Shown here in pieces: positions 13,001-24,200 of a stretch of 64,000 nt of DNA (positions within the stretch are counted from its first letter, which is position 1; each line of letters begins with the position of its first letter). Origin of the DNA: Asterias rubens. Taxonomy: Eukaryota. The notes under the pieces were generated by a model. It was not told where the DNA came from, made no database searches, and worked only from the letters and a program-made list of their open reading frames with translations. The translations under genes and the position numbers were made by a program. The stretch lies in NCBI RefSeq assembly GCF_902459465.1, contig NC_047079.1, positions 6,386,001 to 6,450,000 of the forward strand, read 5' to 3'.

Positions 13001-16000
13001 TAGTTTCAATTTGCTTTAGAGGTGGATTATAACGGCTCCTTTAAAAGTCTTATTGTCTGTGATGGATTAGATGTCTGTGGTTATAATGTGTTCCAATCTT
13101 TAAAAACTGTTTTGGGTATAAATGAATATACCCCCGGAAGTGATTGAGAGCGCCCTCACGCGGTCAAAAATATGGCCCATTGGGTGTTAACCAAACTATC
13201 TTATCCCGACAGTGCACTACTACAATTACAACGATGACTGTTGGAATACGTCAATATATCCCAAGCCGAGGTTCGCATCGGAGTACGGCTTTCAATCATG
13301 GCCCTCGCTTGAAACGCTGAGGCAAGTTTCCAAGGCAGGTGATTGGTCGATGGATAGTAACTTCAGCATGCATCGACAGCATCATCAAAATGGTAAGACC
13401 AAAGCTGAACTTCTTTCGTGAATGGTCCCACTCTGCTTTTCTTGAATTTGTTCTTCTCAAATTATAGTTCTCCTGAAGGGATCAGGTTGAGTTAGTGGTT
13501 TCTTTTTCCTGCCTTTCACCTTGGGGGACCCCAGTTCGAATCCCGCTTCAGACCTTGCGTGTTGGGTTTTCAGTCCCCACTTCATTGCTCGGGGTTTTTC
13601 CCCCATTTGGGTTTTCCTCCCACATCTTGAACGGAGTATTTCTTGTTGTTTCCTATTCCTATTTCCTATTGCTGTTATTGGTCTTGGTTTCAAAAAGAGC
13701 TAGGATTGATCTTAAGATGTATATTACTATGACTAGTATTAGAAGTGCGTTGTCGCCAATACAAATGACCCCAAATGACATCACAAAATTGAATTAGACC
13801 TTGAAGCCTCTCTTTAATGAATATTCATAAGGTAACAAGCAGATGATGGATCAGATCACCCGGCACTTTGTCGACTCTACATCCCGTAATACAACCCAAC
13901 GTTTTATGGACAGAATTTACCTAACTCAGGTATACAATTTTTTACTTAATGTATAAATCGATCTTTTAATGATACATTTATAATGTATCCACTTAAGAGT
14001 GATCAAGACTCACACTATCATTAAGTAGGATTTGAAACTTTGCATGATGGAAATACGATATGGAAAGGTTTGCGGTAACACCATGTAATGACTATCTCTA
14101 AATGAATTGGGGTGGTTCTGAAAAGAACCATTGGTTTCAACTCGACGTTTCGATCAGTATGCTCTGATCGTCTTCTGGCTCTGATCGCTTTCTCCAGAAT
14201 GGTGTTACCCCAAACTTTTTCTTATATCTATCATTGAAAACCAAAGTGGTTGACTGTGTCGAGGTGCATTCACAAAGTGATATCATATTACTGGCTGGCT
14301 TAGTTTATCTATTATTCAAAACCGCAGTGGATGATATTAAATGGTCAGACAGTAGGAGGGTTGACTGTACGTGTAAATGAATTCACCATATGATAACATA
14401 TTGTAGGCTGACATAGTGCATATATCATTCAAAACCACAGTGGATGATATTGATTGATCAAACAGTAGGAGGGTTGACTCTTCCAAGATGTAATCAACAC
14501 TAGGATGTATTTCCTCACAAAAGATTTACCTCACAAAAGACACTTTTACTGATTTACAATTCCAGATATCACAAGCTCTCTGCTACAAGTATGAGACGGA
14601 GCACTATCGCCGACTCCAGACCACCCTAGTAGACGGTGAGGGTATGACAATGGGGGCGGTATACTGGCAGCTCAACGACATCTGGCAGGCACCATCTTGG
14701 GCGTCCATTGGTGAGTAATCCCAGAGTTTTATTTAAATTAACTTTTTTCGACAAGTGATCAGAAACACCAGAGCTTGAGTCCGGTGCTCTTAAATGCTCT
14801 GCCACGAAAATTTCCGTTTTTGACGGATGCAACGAAGCATTCGTCGTCAAACAAAATGGAATGAGCATGGCTTTAAAATTAATGATTTTTTTTAATTTTT
14901 TTTTTATTTTGACCTTGAATCTGTAGTTCTTGAATATATAGTTGTTTTCAAGTGACTGAGTTGTTTTATACTCCACCACAGAATATCAAGGCAAATGGAA
15001 AATGCTTCACTACTACGCCAAAGATTTCTTTGCTCCACTTCTAGCGTCCGGCGTAGAAGATAACGGTGTTCTGTCCGTCTATGTGATCACCGACGTACAC
15101 CCGATCTTGAATGGCACTTTGAACATCTCTGTGTGGTCATGGGCTAGCCAGACTCCGCTGAAATCATGGCAGTTTCCTTTTAAGCAGGTCAGTAGAATGT
15201 AGAGGCTGATGTTGGCAATGTGAACCTTGAACCTTGAACTCAACAGAAAAGCAGTGAAGTCACAATCATTAAAAGGCAATCTTATTTACCACCCTCCCTG
15301 ATGCCACAGTCTCCGGACCCACCCTCAGTTCCCCTTACCAATAGGTCTAATTCAATGTTTTCATTTCTCCCCTGACAGCATGTCCGGCAAAGTGCAGTGG
15401 CATATTATGTTCGCAAGACGGCAGACATCTTGTCGGAAGCTAACTGCCCCAAGAGAGAGGCGTGCTTCTTGACGTTCCAAGTCACTGGCATCACACCATC
15501 TTTAACGTCGCCGTTAAACCCTTACTTCTTAACATCATTCATCAAGGCTGTGGGACTGAAACAACCAAAAATTGCTGTAAGTCATTGAAGTTGGTTTAGG
15601 GTTGAACAAAGAAAAATTGACAACAGCGGATCTTGAACCTTCGACCTCCAGACTACCGTGCTCTACAAACTGAGCCTGATGTTGGAGGTCTCCCTATGTC
15701 AGCATTAGGGCTAGATAGCACAGTTGGTAGAGCGCCGGCACATTAATCTGGAGGTCGCAGGTTCAAGTCCTGCTCTAGCAATTTTTTCTTTGTTCAACCT
15801 AAATATTATTACAAATTTTTTTACTCAGTCAGTTTCCCTTGTGGTTGTTGATCCTTTTAACTCCATTTATTTTGTGAAATCGGCTGCTGGCCTGCGCCCA
15901 GTGTAAAATTTGAGTGCTTGCAGTCCTGAGTATTGTCATGCTGACGATGACTAGAGCAAGCTAGTCGAAACGTTGAGACCAATTTAAGAACTGACTCTGC

Positions 16001-16517
16001 GGTAGTACAGTTAATTATGATCCTTTAAGCTAAAGTAGTAGTCCCAGCCTATTTTCTATACCATCCGCCCGGGTAATAGTTAATAAGCAGGACAGTTCTT
16101 TTCAGAACTGAGAAGTCTCCCGAACACCTGAACAATCTATTCCGCGGTAGTAGAATAAAGAAAGGCAGTTCTCTAAGAACAAACTCTACCTGGCAAGTAG
16201 ATACACTCATGGTGTTACCGCAAACCAAATATATATACATACTGATAAAGTTGTGTATTTTTTGTTCGCCCCCTCAGCATTCCGTCTTGCAAATTGAAGG
16301 AGACACTTTCTCAATCCAGCTGAGTAGCCCAGCCATTGCTCCCTTCGTCTGGCTGGAAGCTCCTGGACTCCAGGGTCGCTTCTCGGACAATGGTTTTCTG
16401 ATGGTAGAGGGGTTGCACACAGTGGAATTCTACGCATGGACGTCAACGACTTTGGAAGAACTTAAGCAGTCCCTAACTGTGAAGTCGCTCTTAGATATTT
16501 ATAACGACGAAGAATAA
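7100..16517 (+). CDS. MANBA: Lysosomal beta-mannosidase (GH2), complete, 16 coding exons, 892 aa
   Basis: Exons: 7100-7208, 7765-7911, 8451-8599, 9284-9486, 9682-9755, 10196-10371, 10927-11107, 11526-11830, 12129-12208, 12391-12578, 13213-13392, 13832-13929, 14566-14710, 14982-15187, 15379-15576, 16278-16517. Phases are consistent. Signal peptide [19 protein letters not shown]; motifs [34 protein letters not shown] (acid/base Glu), [11 protein letters not shown] (nucleophile Glu), [21 protein letters not shown]. Confidence 0.97.
7492..7653. mobile_element. MITE
   Basis: TIR TAGACTTGTGGACAAGT.GTTAA / TTAACAACTTGTCCACAAGTCTA. Confidence 0.75.
7999..8325 (+). mobile_element. RTE-like LINE 3' remnant, split by another LINE-type tail
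   Basis: Translates [32 protein letters not shown], typical of an RTE ORF C-terminus. An AT-rich tail ending (AAAT)n occupies 8100-8286, then the RTE-like end resumes. Confidence 0.6.
8630..9003 (+). mobile_element. L2/CR1-group LINE 3' remnant interrupted by repeat family I
   Basis: [35 protein letters not shown] matches the L2 ORF2 C-terminal pattern; the 3' tail resumes after 8925. Confidence 0.7.
9909..10030. mobile_element. MITE family G (CAGGCCTG termini, GGGCACCAAGGCA sub-repeats)
   Basis: Related pieces at about 48-120, 16555-16800, 23560-24100, 35030-35190, 51255-51350 and 54680-54960. Confidence 0.7.
10444..10819. mobile_element. TTAA-type MITE, family C
   Basis: Perfect TIR TTAAAGATGCTATGTCAGATTTTTGGCC at both ends; a second copy is at 63166-63396. 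Confidence 0.9.
12891..13172. mobile_element. MITE
   Basis: TIR ATTTTTGACCGCG.GAGGGCGCT...ATCACTTCCGGGGGTA and its reverse complement. Confidence 0.75.
13478..13632 (+). mobile_element. tRNA-derived SINE
   Basis: B box AGTTCGAATCC and body GGGTTTTCAGTCC...GGTTTTCCTCCCACATCT. Inverted copy at about 44275-44440; core fragments at about 7355-7400 and 60175-60220. Confidence 0.7.
14100..14200 (-). mobile_element. Penelope-like repeat remnant with variant hammerhead motif
   Basis: Minus strand reads CAGAAGA-C-GATCAG-AGCATA-CTGATC-GAAACGTC-GAG. A sister copy is at 44690-44830 on the plus strand. Confidence 0.5.
14228..14480. repeat. Degenerate tandem repeat, period about 113 bp, about 2.5 copies
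   Basis: TTCAAAACC.CAGTGGATGATATT...CAGTAGGAGGGTTGACT at 14315 and 14428, with a partial unit at 14228. Confidence 0.75.
15595..15803. repeat. Inverted (back-to-back) pair of tRNA-derived units
   Basis: Right unit 15710-15779 folds as a near cloverleaf with A box TAGCACAGTTGG, B box GGTTCAAGTCC and a T6 run. Left unit 15595-15697 is a decayed reverse complement. Both end in a TTTTTCTTTGTTCAACC(C)TAAA-type tail. Confidence 0.75.
15932..15984 (+). ncRNA. Minimal type-I hammerhead ribozyme motif (Penelope-like/retrozyme type)
   Basis: CTGACGA 15941-15947, T, stem II GACTAG/CTAGTC around loop AGCAAG, GAAA 15967-15970, palindromic AACGTT, GUU cleavage triplet. Stem I is imperfect. Confidence 0.6.
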
Positions 16518-17699
16518 TTATAATAAGATCATAAATTTTGCTTTTAAAGCGCATGGCTCAAATTATAGGGAGGCCACGAAGGCCATGGGCAATGTTGCCC
16601 TGGTCTTTGCCTTGGTGTCCTTTCAATCGTTTCCCATGTCATAAATTATGCTTATAAAACGCATACCTAAAATTGTATGGAGGCCACAAAGGTCCCTGTT
16701 GCCCTGGTCTTGGCATTAGTGCCCTTTCAATCGTTTCCCATAGGCCCTAAGATTTTCCCAATGGAAGTGCCCCCAGCAAAATGAAAATGGTCTTGCCCTC
16801 TCAACGACTCCCGTTGACCGTAAGTTGTAGCCCTCACCACGTTCAACCTTGAGATGTCGGGCGATATCTCATTAAAAAATGTTTTATTGGATATTGGAGC
16901 GAGGTTTGCCGTACGGTGGTTTAACCACCATGTATGGACAAACATTGTACTCAGTGTTTTGTTTTAATAGTTTTTGCTTTCTATTTCACTTCAAAAGTGT
17001 GTTTAATTTTTTTTTGAAAAAAGAAAAAAACCTAATAAATATAAATTATGTAATCTTTGTCTATCAAGTCTATATCATGTGCAAACGTTTTTGTTTTTGT
17101 CATTTTATAAAATTTTCTTTGAAAAAGTGTTAATTCATAAAATAATCAAAGATTTGATTGTAGTATTTTCTGTAATAAATTTTTAAAAAAGAAAATGCAT
17201 AACAAACAATGTGTCTAAGGTTAGACTTATTAATTGACTTTGGCTCGTAACAATTTACATATTATTTTGCCTTGATGTATTAGTATATCATAATACTTCA
17301 CAGCGCCCCAAGGAGTTTTATCACTAACCAGCGATTCTCTCACCCTTACATCTCGGCTTCCACCCCCCCTCCCCCCACCCCCACCAATGGGGCCTTCCTC
17401 TCAATGCAATGTATGAAAAAACGGAGCCCAGCCCCACCCTAAAAATTCACCTGTGTGACCTTAAGTTATATTAAAGGAAATCTTTTAGATATTTTTTTTT
17501 TCATTTGTAACTTTATTGTTACATGCCAAATATACTGAGAATTTACACAATATTTAAGAATGTGGTAATTTATTCATGCTCATTATGTATTATTGATGAT
17601 ATTGATAAAAACGACACAGACTAAACATTGAGAAACAAAATTGTGTCATTTTTTTGTCCATGACATTTTGTTGTGGCGTGAGAGCCCCTTTAAAGTTAC

Positions 17700-18031
17700 A
17701 GCGTGGGTGGATTTTGGCAATAGTATGGCGCCGTAAACATGCCTCGATGATACATGTATTCTCGTTTCCGACGTCGGGGTTGTGGCCAACCCTAAAGGTC
17801 GTGTAAAAAAAGTTGTTAGACTTGTCACGCACATAGCGAACATTCTTGTACGTCTAGTCACTTTTCTTAGCAGCGCTGCTGTTCACGACTTCGGCATCAA
17901 GACAGCTAATAATCTACACTTGACTTCTGGGAATTGAATGCAATAATTTTAATCTATCCAGGCAGGACAGTGTTTGGGGCTGAGTTTGGTATCTTTTCCT
18001 AACGACGTACTGGTAAAGACTGTAGTTCACG
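17700..18031 (+). promoter_or_regulatory. Candidate promoter and non-coding first exon, probably of LPP
   Basis: CpG-enriched patch ending in a consensus donor CG|GTAAGT at 18031/18032. The LPP ATG exon begins with an acceptor at 25434, so it needs an upstream exon. Confidence 0.35.
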
Positions 18032-18653
18032 GTAAGTGTAAAATCAAACTCTCGAAAGTCACACACGATTCAAGGGATTTGTCGTCACTCGTCAAACTGG
18101 AAAACGCTGTGTGTAAAAGTCTTACTCTACTGTGTGTGAATGACATGATCATGGTGACATTTTGACAGGACACGCTTGTTGCAGAGCCATTTCAATCAAT
18201 TAAAGGGTTGATAGATTTGTTATCTTACATTTGTCTTCAAATTATTTCCTCAACAATGGTGTTTTGAGTGATATTGATTATTGTAGGATTCATTAGACAT
18301 TGAGGATCAAGTTCGTGTTCCTAGAATTTGTGTCATGATTTTCAAAAGTGGTAAAAATGGAGCAAATCTGCTGACTAGCCGTCGAAATTGTATGTTTTTA
18401 ACCATTTCGCCCTGCACACATTGAGGGAGCTTCGTAACCCTCCGGCCTGGCGGCCGTCGGGAGGATCGGTTACGTTGTCGCAACTAAGTTTTTACTGTAC
18501 TGGTAGTTGCGATGATCGTAACCCTCCTCCATCCTCCCGATGGTCGTTTTCTGGTACAATGTAAAAACTATGTAAGTTCAATTTTCATGACCCACTCATT
18601 GAAATCTTTTAGTCTTTCAAAATTTGAGTACGTATTGGATAAATGTTTTCAAA

Positions 18654-18751
18654 TTTTTACAAAAAGGGATATCTCATTGAGGTAAATTATACTATTACTA
18701 TACTATTTCATATCGAATGAAAAAGTGGTGGCGCCATACGGAAACTTTTCC
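18654..18751. mobile_element. MITE family E, inverted and truncated
   Basis: Reverse complement of 6130-6225. Confidence 0.8.
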
Positions 18752-19204
18752 AAAATAAAACTTAATAACCAATTAGAGTTGTAGTCCAATTAGACCATGG
18801 AGGTGAGACTGTTTGCCTGTCTAATCAAGATGCCAAATGGAACCTTGGTTTATATTGATTTCAAGAAGCTGGTTAGGACATGATGAAATAACAATGGCAT
18901 TGACAAGTGATGGTCGACCTTCAGATGCCAGACAATGCCATTGACATGTTTACATGTGTCCATGTAATGTTTCAGGGATAGTGGGGATTCTGTTGAGTAG
19001 CAAATGTTATTTTTGATTATCGTGGCAGAATTATTTTAAAGTGATAACTTTAAAGCTTTACGCTGAATAGATGAGTAGAAGCAATCCACTTGTATTATTT
19101 TAGTAAAGTTGCAGGTACGACCTAGTAGGCCTATTATGCTGAAAAAGAGCCTATGATGGAACATGGTCTTGTAGTTTTAAACACTAACACTAACAGTATT
19201 TTAT

Positions 19205-19435
19205 TAAAGGCAGTGGACACTATTGGTAATTGTCAAAAACTAGCCTTCACAGTTGGTGTATCTCAACATGTATGCATAAAATAACAAACCTGTGAAAATT
19301 TGAGCTCAATCGGTCATCGAAGTTGCGAGATAATAATGAAAGAAAAATAACCCTTGTCACGCGAAGTTGTGTGTGTTTAGATGGCTGATTTCGAGACCTC
19401 AAGTTCTAAATCTGAGGTCTCGAAATCAAATTTCA
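19205..19435. mobile_element. TTAA-type MITE, family A, partial and inverted
   Basis: Reverse complement of the right half of 2384-2772. Confidence 0.8.
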
Positions 19436-21012
19436 CCGCTACCTTCTGTAAACCCTGTAAGTTATTTGTAAATCTGTGAATTTTTTTTTCTGTACCGAAA
19501 GGGTCTTAGGGCTTTAAGGCAATTTTCTTTCCCCCTGGATTTTTTTCTTTTTTATTTCCTTGAAATTGTGGGGAAAGGGCCTTACAGTTTTAAAGTAAAA
19601 AATGCCAGGAGCCATCAGAAAATTGGGTCATTCAATTTCTATGGACATGTTGTGATCACCAAAGGTGCATACATGTATACTGCATGTATCAAACATTTAT
19701 AAATAAACAAGTCAATTGAGCGCAAATGTCTTCCTTATTTCATTGTTATCTATATTTCTATGTAAATATAAATTTATGGTCGTCGATCGATTACAGGAAA
19801 TTCAAGAAACAGAATCCTTCCATCATGTGACCCTAAGGTCATGATAGCTTCCTGAGAGTGAGAGTTAGTTCAATCATTTGAGACTAAAATGAGGGCAAAT
19901 AAATGCAAACTGGGAGCTTTGCAACCAGTAGGAATTACACATGAGGGAAGGAAGTGCAAAGTGTTTGGTTTTAAATTACATTGTAGTGCTGAACACTATC
20001 CGCGTTATGCTCTATATTAAAGGTAGGATCATACTTTTATTTGACCCCGAAAAATAATTGAGTAAATTTTATCCAAAAGCCTACTTGTCATAAAGATGGT
20101 CGTGGTACAAGGCATATGTGAAAATATTTGCACGGATTTGATTGTTTCATGAAAAGAGTTGCTTACTGAAATGACGACTAGTGATACAATGTATGGAACA
20201 AGTTTCAGCCAGATTACGATCTTTGAGCCACTGTATGTGGGGTGGGGCATGTGTGCACGACATGTAACAAAATTTTTCGTTGGTGGTGTAGCCATTTGTA
20301 ATGTTTCTTGCAAATAATCGAACTGAGTATGTGAGGGAAATTAGTCTGGTCCCTATTTTCATATGAGAATCAGTAGGCCTACAATGTATGATTGTTATTG
20401 TTTATACTGGGAACGTGACATGATGATTAACAGCCTCATGTGTACATTCAAGCACTCATTTGCAGAGAATGCACAGAATGCAAATTGTAATGGTACAAAC
20501 GTATAAGTTACATTGGATCTTGTACAGTTTTGTCAGTCAAGTACATGTATGTGTCATAATGTCTTGCAGTATTCTCTTGTGTCGTCACCCACTAAAAGAG
20601 ACCACCAGAAGAATCTAGATTGTCTATAATGTCATCAAACTGATCCACTTCACTGCACTGTCACCACACTCCTGAATCATCATGATAAGTGGAGTGGTGT
20701 TCTCTCTGCGATTGTGCGCCCCGCCGCCCGCCGACCGGTCGCACTCCAGGAATCCCTACAGGAAACAGTGACGAGCAGCTTGGTAGAGAGAGGCGGCATC
20801 CAGTTTCAAGCGGCTTAGCTGAAGGCATCGGGAGAACATACTTCTCTATTAGATTATTCCTCATATTGCATTACTTGCAGACAGTCGGTCTACCAGTGGT
20901 TGTCATAATTTGTACCATGAACACCGTTTTTTTTTTTTTTTTTTTTAAGTTAGCACTAATATTATACATATTAAAATGTCTTCTAAATGTATTAAAACTG
21001 ACCCGCAGATTC

Positions 21013-21278
21013 CTTTCACACTACAATAATCCAGAGAAAGTTAACTCAGTTCCACAACCTAACACCGAGATTGGTGGGTTAACCCATGGGTTAACCCTAG
21101 TCCTAGGCAGGGTTAAATTGTACTGGATTCAGCCAGTTTTTTGTTCATTAGTCCAGAGAATGTTTAGCCCGGAAAGGTGTAGTGTGAACGCTCCACTTAG
21201 TCCAGAGAATCTCCAAATTAAATTTCTCCTTAAAACACAGAGATTCTCCTGATTAAAGTGTAGTGTGAAATGGGCTAA
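21013..21278. mobile_element. Decayed MITE
   Basis: TTCACACTACAATAATCCAGAGAA ... TTCTCCTGATTAAAGTGTAGTGTGAAA inverted ends. Confidence 0.6.
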
Positions 21279-24200
21279 TGGCCAGGGCTCAATTTCGTAA
21301 AGCTGTTTAGCAGAAAATACTGCTTAACAAATTTGTTTGCTACATGTACAAGCAATAAATTAGAGGGTCACCAGTCACAACAATGTAAACTAAATGGAAT
21401 GTTGTCTGGTAGCCTGTTTTTGCTAAGCATTATTTTCCTTTGCTTAGCAAGTTTTTGTGCTTACATACATGTACATGGCCCAGGTGTTAGAAGATTCCAA
21501 GTTTACTTATTGTAGGAGACAGCTCTCCATGAAGTAAATCATCAGAGGGAGTGAAGACATTGATGTTGCAGCTGTTTGAACCCGGAGGGCATCTCGCTGG
21601 GGAAGGATCAAGTTTTTTGTCTTGTCCTGCATAAAAACGCTAAGGACGAAGGAAAGAGAATGAGGGCTTAATTGGATTAGCACACTGAGTTAACTCTCTC
21701 CACGCTTGCCCAAGGGCTCATTAATATCGTGGCAATTTTTTTAGAATTCTCTGGTATGGATCAAACGTGTTGGTTAAAGGTGTGTGACTGCTGTGCAATA
21801 ATACCTTGGTTTGTTTGTTTGTTTGTTTGTTTGCTTTGGTTTTGTATACTGTACAGTTTACAGTTTACAGTGAAATCTGGACTATCCCATTTCAGATTCT
21901 TATCACTGGCTAGGAGAAGCCGAGTGGAAAGCCAGATTTCATCAAGTGATTATATTCTGCGATAACGCTCAAACGACAGTCCATCCAATACGGGACTATT
22001 AACTTGCACAGCCTCAAACATTTTCAAAGCAATTTTTTTTTCCACAATGAACACAAAAAAGAAACAGAAACTCTACCACCCTACGTCAAAGCAGTCTCTA
22101 CTGATGGTATAGGGGCCTACCTATCTGAACAATAATAATTTGCTCAATGTACAAACTGCTGTGCAACCACAAAACAGGGTTGGCATCAAATATTTATAAA
22201 CAAAACTGAAACTGGATAAATATGATCATACATGTATTTTACATTTGTAAGAAACCATTGTCTAAAATTAAAACTGAAAGATCGATGGAAATACCCAGTT
22301 TTTTTTCTAGAATGAGATCAAACTTGCAACTTGAGAAACTGAATCAAGTTACTTCTTCCGATATTGATGTTATTTGTGGTAGTGTACAGTGTGAACTCTT
22401 TAAGTTCTGATGTATCATATTGAAGAAATTTATGCTTTGGGATTTTCAGCATTCCCTTCCTATGTCATGTGTAGTTATGAAGAGTTCAGCTGTCTGACCA
22501 GTGAGTAATGAGGCGATCGCAAACATCCCTATCATAAAGAATGGTATAGTCCAAAAAGCGTATTTAAACAAATGACAGAAGTTCATTAATTACCAATCAA
22601 GACTTGTCCATTGGTCAGCTCAGGTCATTAAACTTCCTGGCAAAATATGTCTCTGGAGATTTCAGACAGATGTTAAAGTTAAGAACTTGGACAAGACCAT
22701 TTGAGTTTTTGGGGGTGTCTGGTGATTTTTTATTCACCATCTGAGGTTTAGTTCCTCTGTTTTTTTTTTCTTTGAATGCATTCCTTTCTGGAATACTTGG
22801 TGTAGCCGTCCGTCCGGAGATTGTGGTGGCAGACTTGAGTGGATCATCTTCCACCGAGGCCAGATAGTTTGATCAAATTTGGAATTGACTTCATCCTTAG
22901 TGAGGACTCGGCGTCAAGATTTGAGAAAGTCAATGGGTTTTCCTTCTTTCTTGTGAATTAAGTGTGTCATGAATGTTGTTTTCCTTGAAACTTTGTAATC
23001 ATCTTCGGTGTGGTTCAAGAGTAATCGGAGCTGAAATTCGTCTCTAGAGGAATTTGAGCTGAAATGGAATTTATTTGAGCTTACTAAACTGAAAGTCAGC
23101 CTCCTGTGCTCAGGGACTTTTCTAAAGGGATTTGACATTCTCATTTCGCCGTTTCCTGGTGGTGCAGGAACTTATTTCTGATCTTCTTTCTGGAATTGTA
23201 GAATGGGGACACAAAAAATAGGTAAGAGGAATTGTTCACTTTAGAAAGTAATCCGCGACATTAATGTTCATAGTGTATTGATGTACAGTATGCATCTGTA
23301 TCAGTTTACAATGTAGTGTACATTTTTTTTTTTCATTTGGAGGAGTGAACGTAGAATGGAAAAATTTATGTATAATTTTTTAAAACTTATTTATTTAGTT
23401 TCTAGCATCTGTAAAACGAGCTAAATTTCCCAAAATTGAATCTGAATTTTCAGGTTAAATCGAGCCTAAACTATGCACTACAAGTGCCCTTTTGCTTTTT
23501 GCTTTGGGTTTGTGTGTGTGTGAAGTTCTTACATTTCTAGTTCCTGTACAAATTGTCATAGAAGTGCCCCTTAAGAAATTTCTATGCCCCTTCAAGTGCG
23601 AAGTTCAAGGCCTTCTCAATGATAGTTTTCTTGATGTGAAAGCGTGAAGTGTGAAGTGCTGATTCAGTAAATTTTCACACAGTCGTTCGACTCTGATGCT
23701 GAGAGAGCAGGGATTACTTGAACTATAGCATTTTTGTAGATTGTGATTAAGTCAAAGGTGCCGGATTAGTTGTGGCTTTGCGTAAGCTCTATGGCGTAAC
23801 ACACCCGTTGTGGCAAGGATTGTGTGGAGGAACTGCATGGCTGTGTGAAGGCGCACCTGAAGGAATGCATGTTCACTTCACAGTGTAATGTAGACCAGAA
23901 GGTCCAGAATCTTTAAAGAGAGTCGATCCTCAAAATAACCCACGACACCAAAAGCAATTGCTGTGGTGCCCTGTGCTTTTGTTGTGGTGCCCTTTGCAAA
24001 GTTCAAATACAAATTAAAGGTTTCTCCATAGAAGTGCTTCGCTGCTACCACAGGAAAATTGTTGTGCCCTTTCAAGAATAAAATTCAAGGCCTGAAGAGT
24101 AGTGGCATAACATTGGGGGTACCCTCTAGCCCCCCCACGCCACCCTCTTACCCCCTCCCTTACCCTCTTACCCACTCCCTTGCCCTCTCCCGAAATGAGG

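Noticed and set aside
15710-15779. Functional tRNA gene
   Set aside because: D-stem and anticodon-stem mismatches, a non-standard anticodon loop, and membership of a dispersed repeat family; treated as a tRNA-derived repeat.
16500-16517. MANBA C-terminus NDEE as an ER-retention signal
   Set aside because: It lacks the terminal Leu required in KDEL-type signals.
20689-21252. 187-aa ORF
   Set aside because: It crosses a poly-T run and a MITE, has no recognisable domain and no supporting splice structure.
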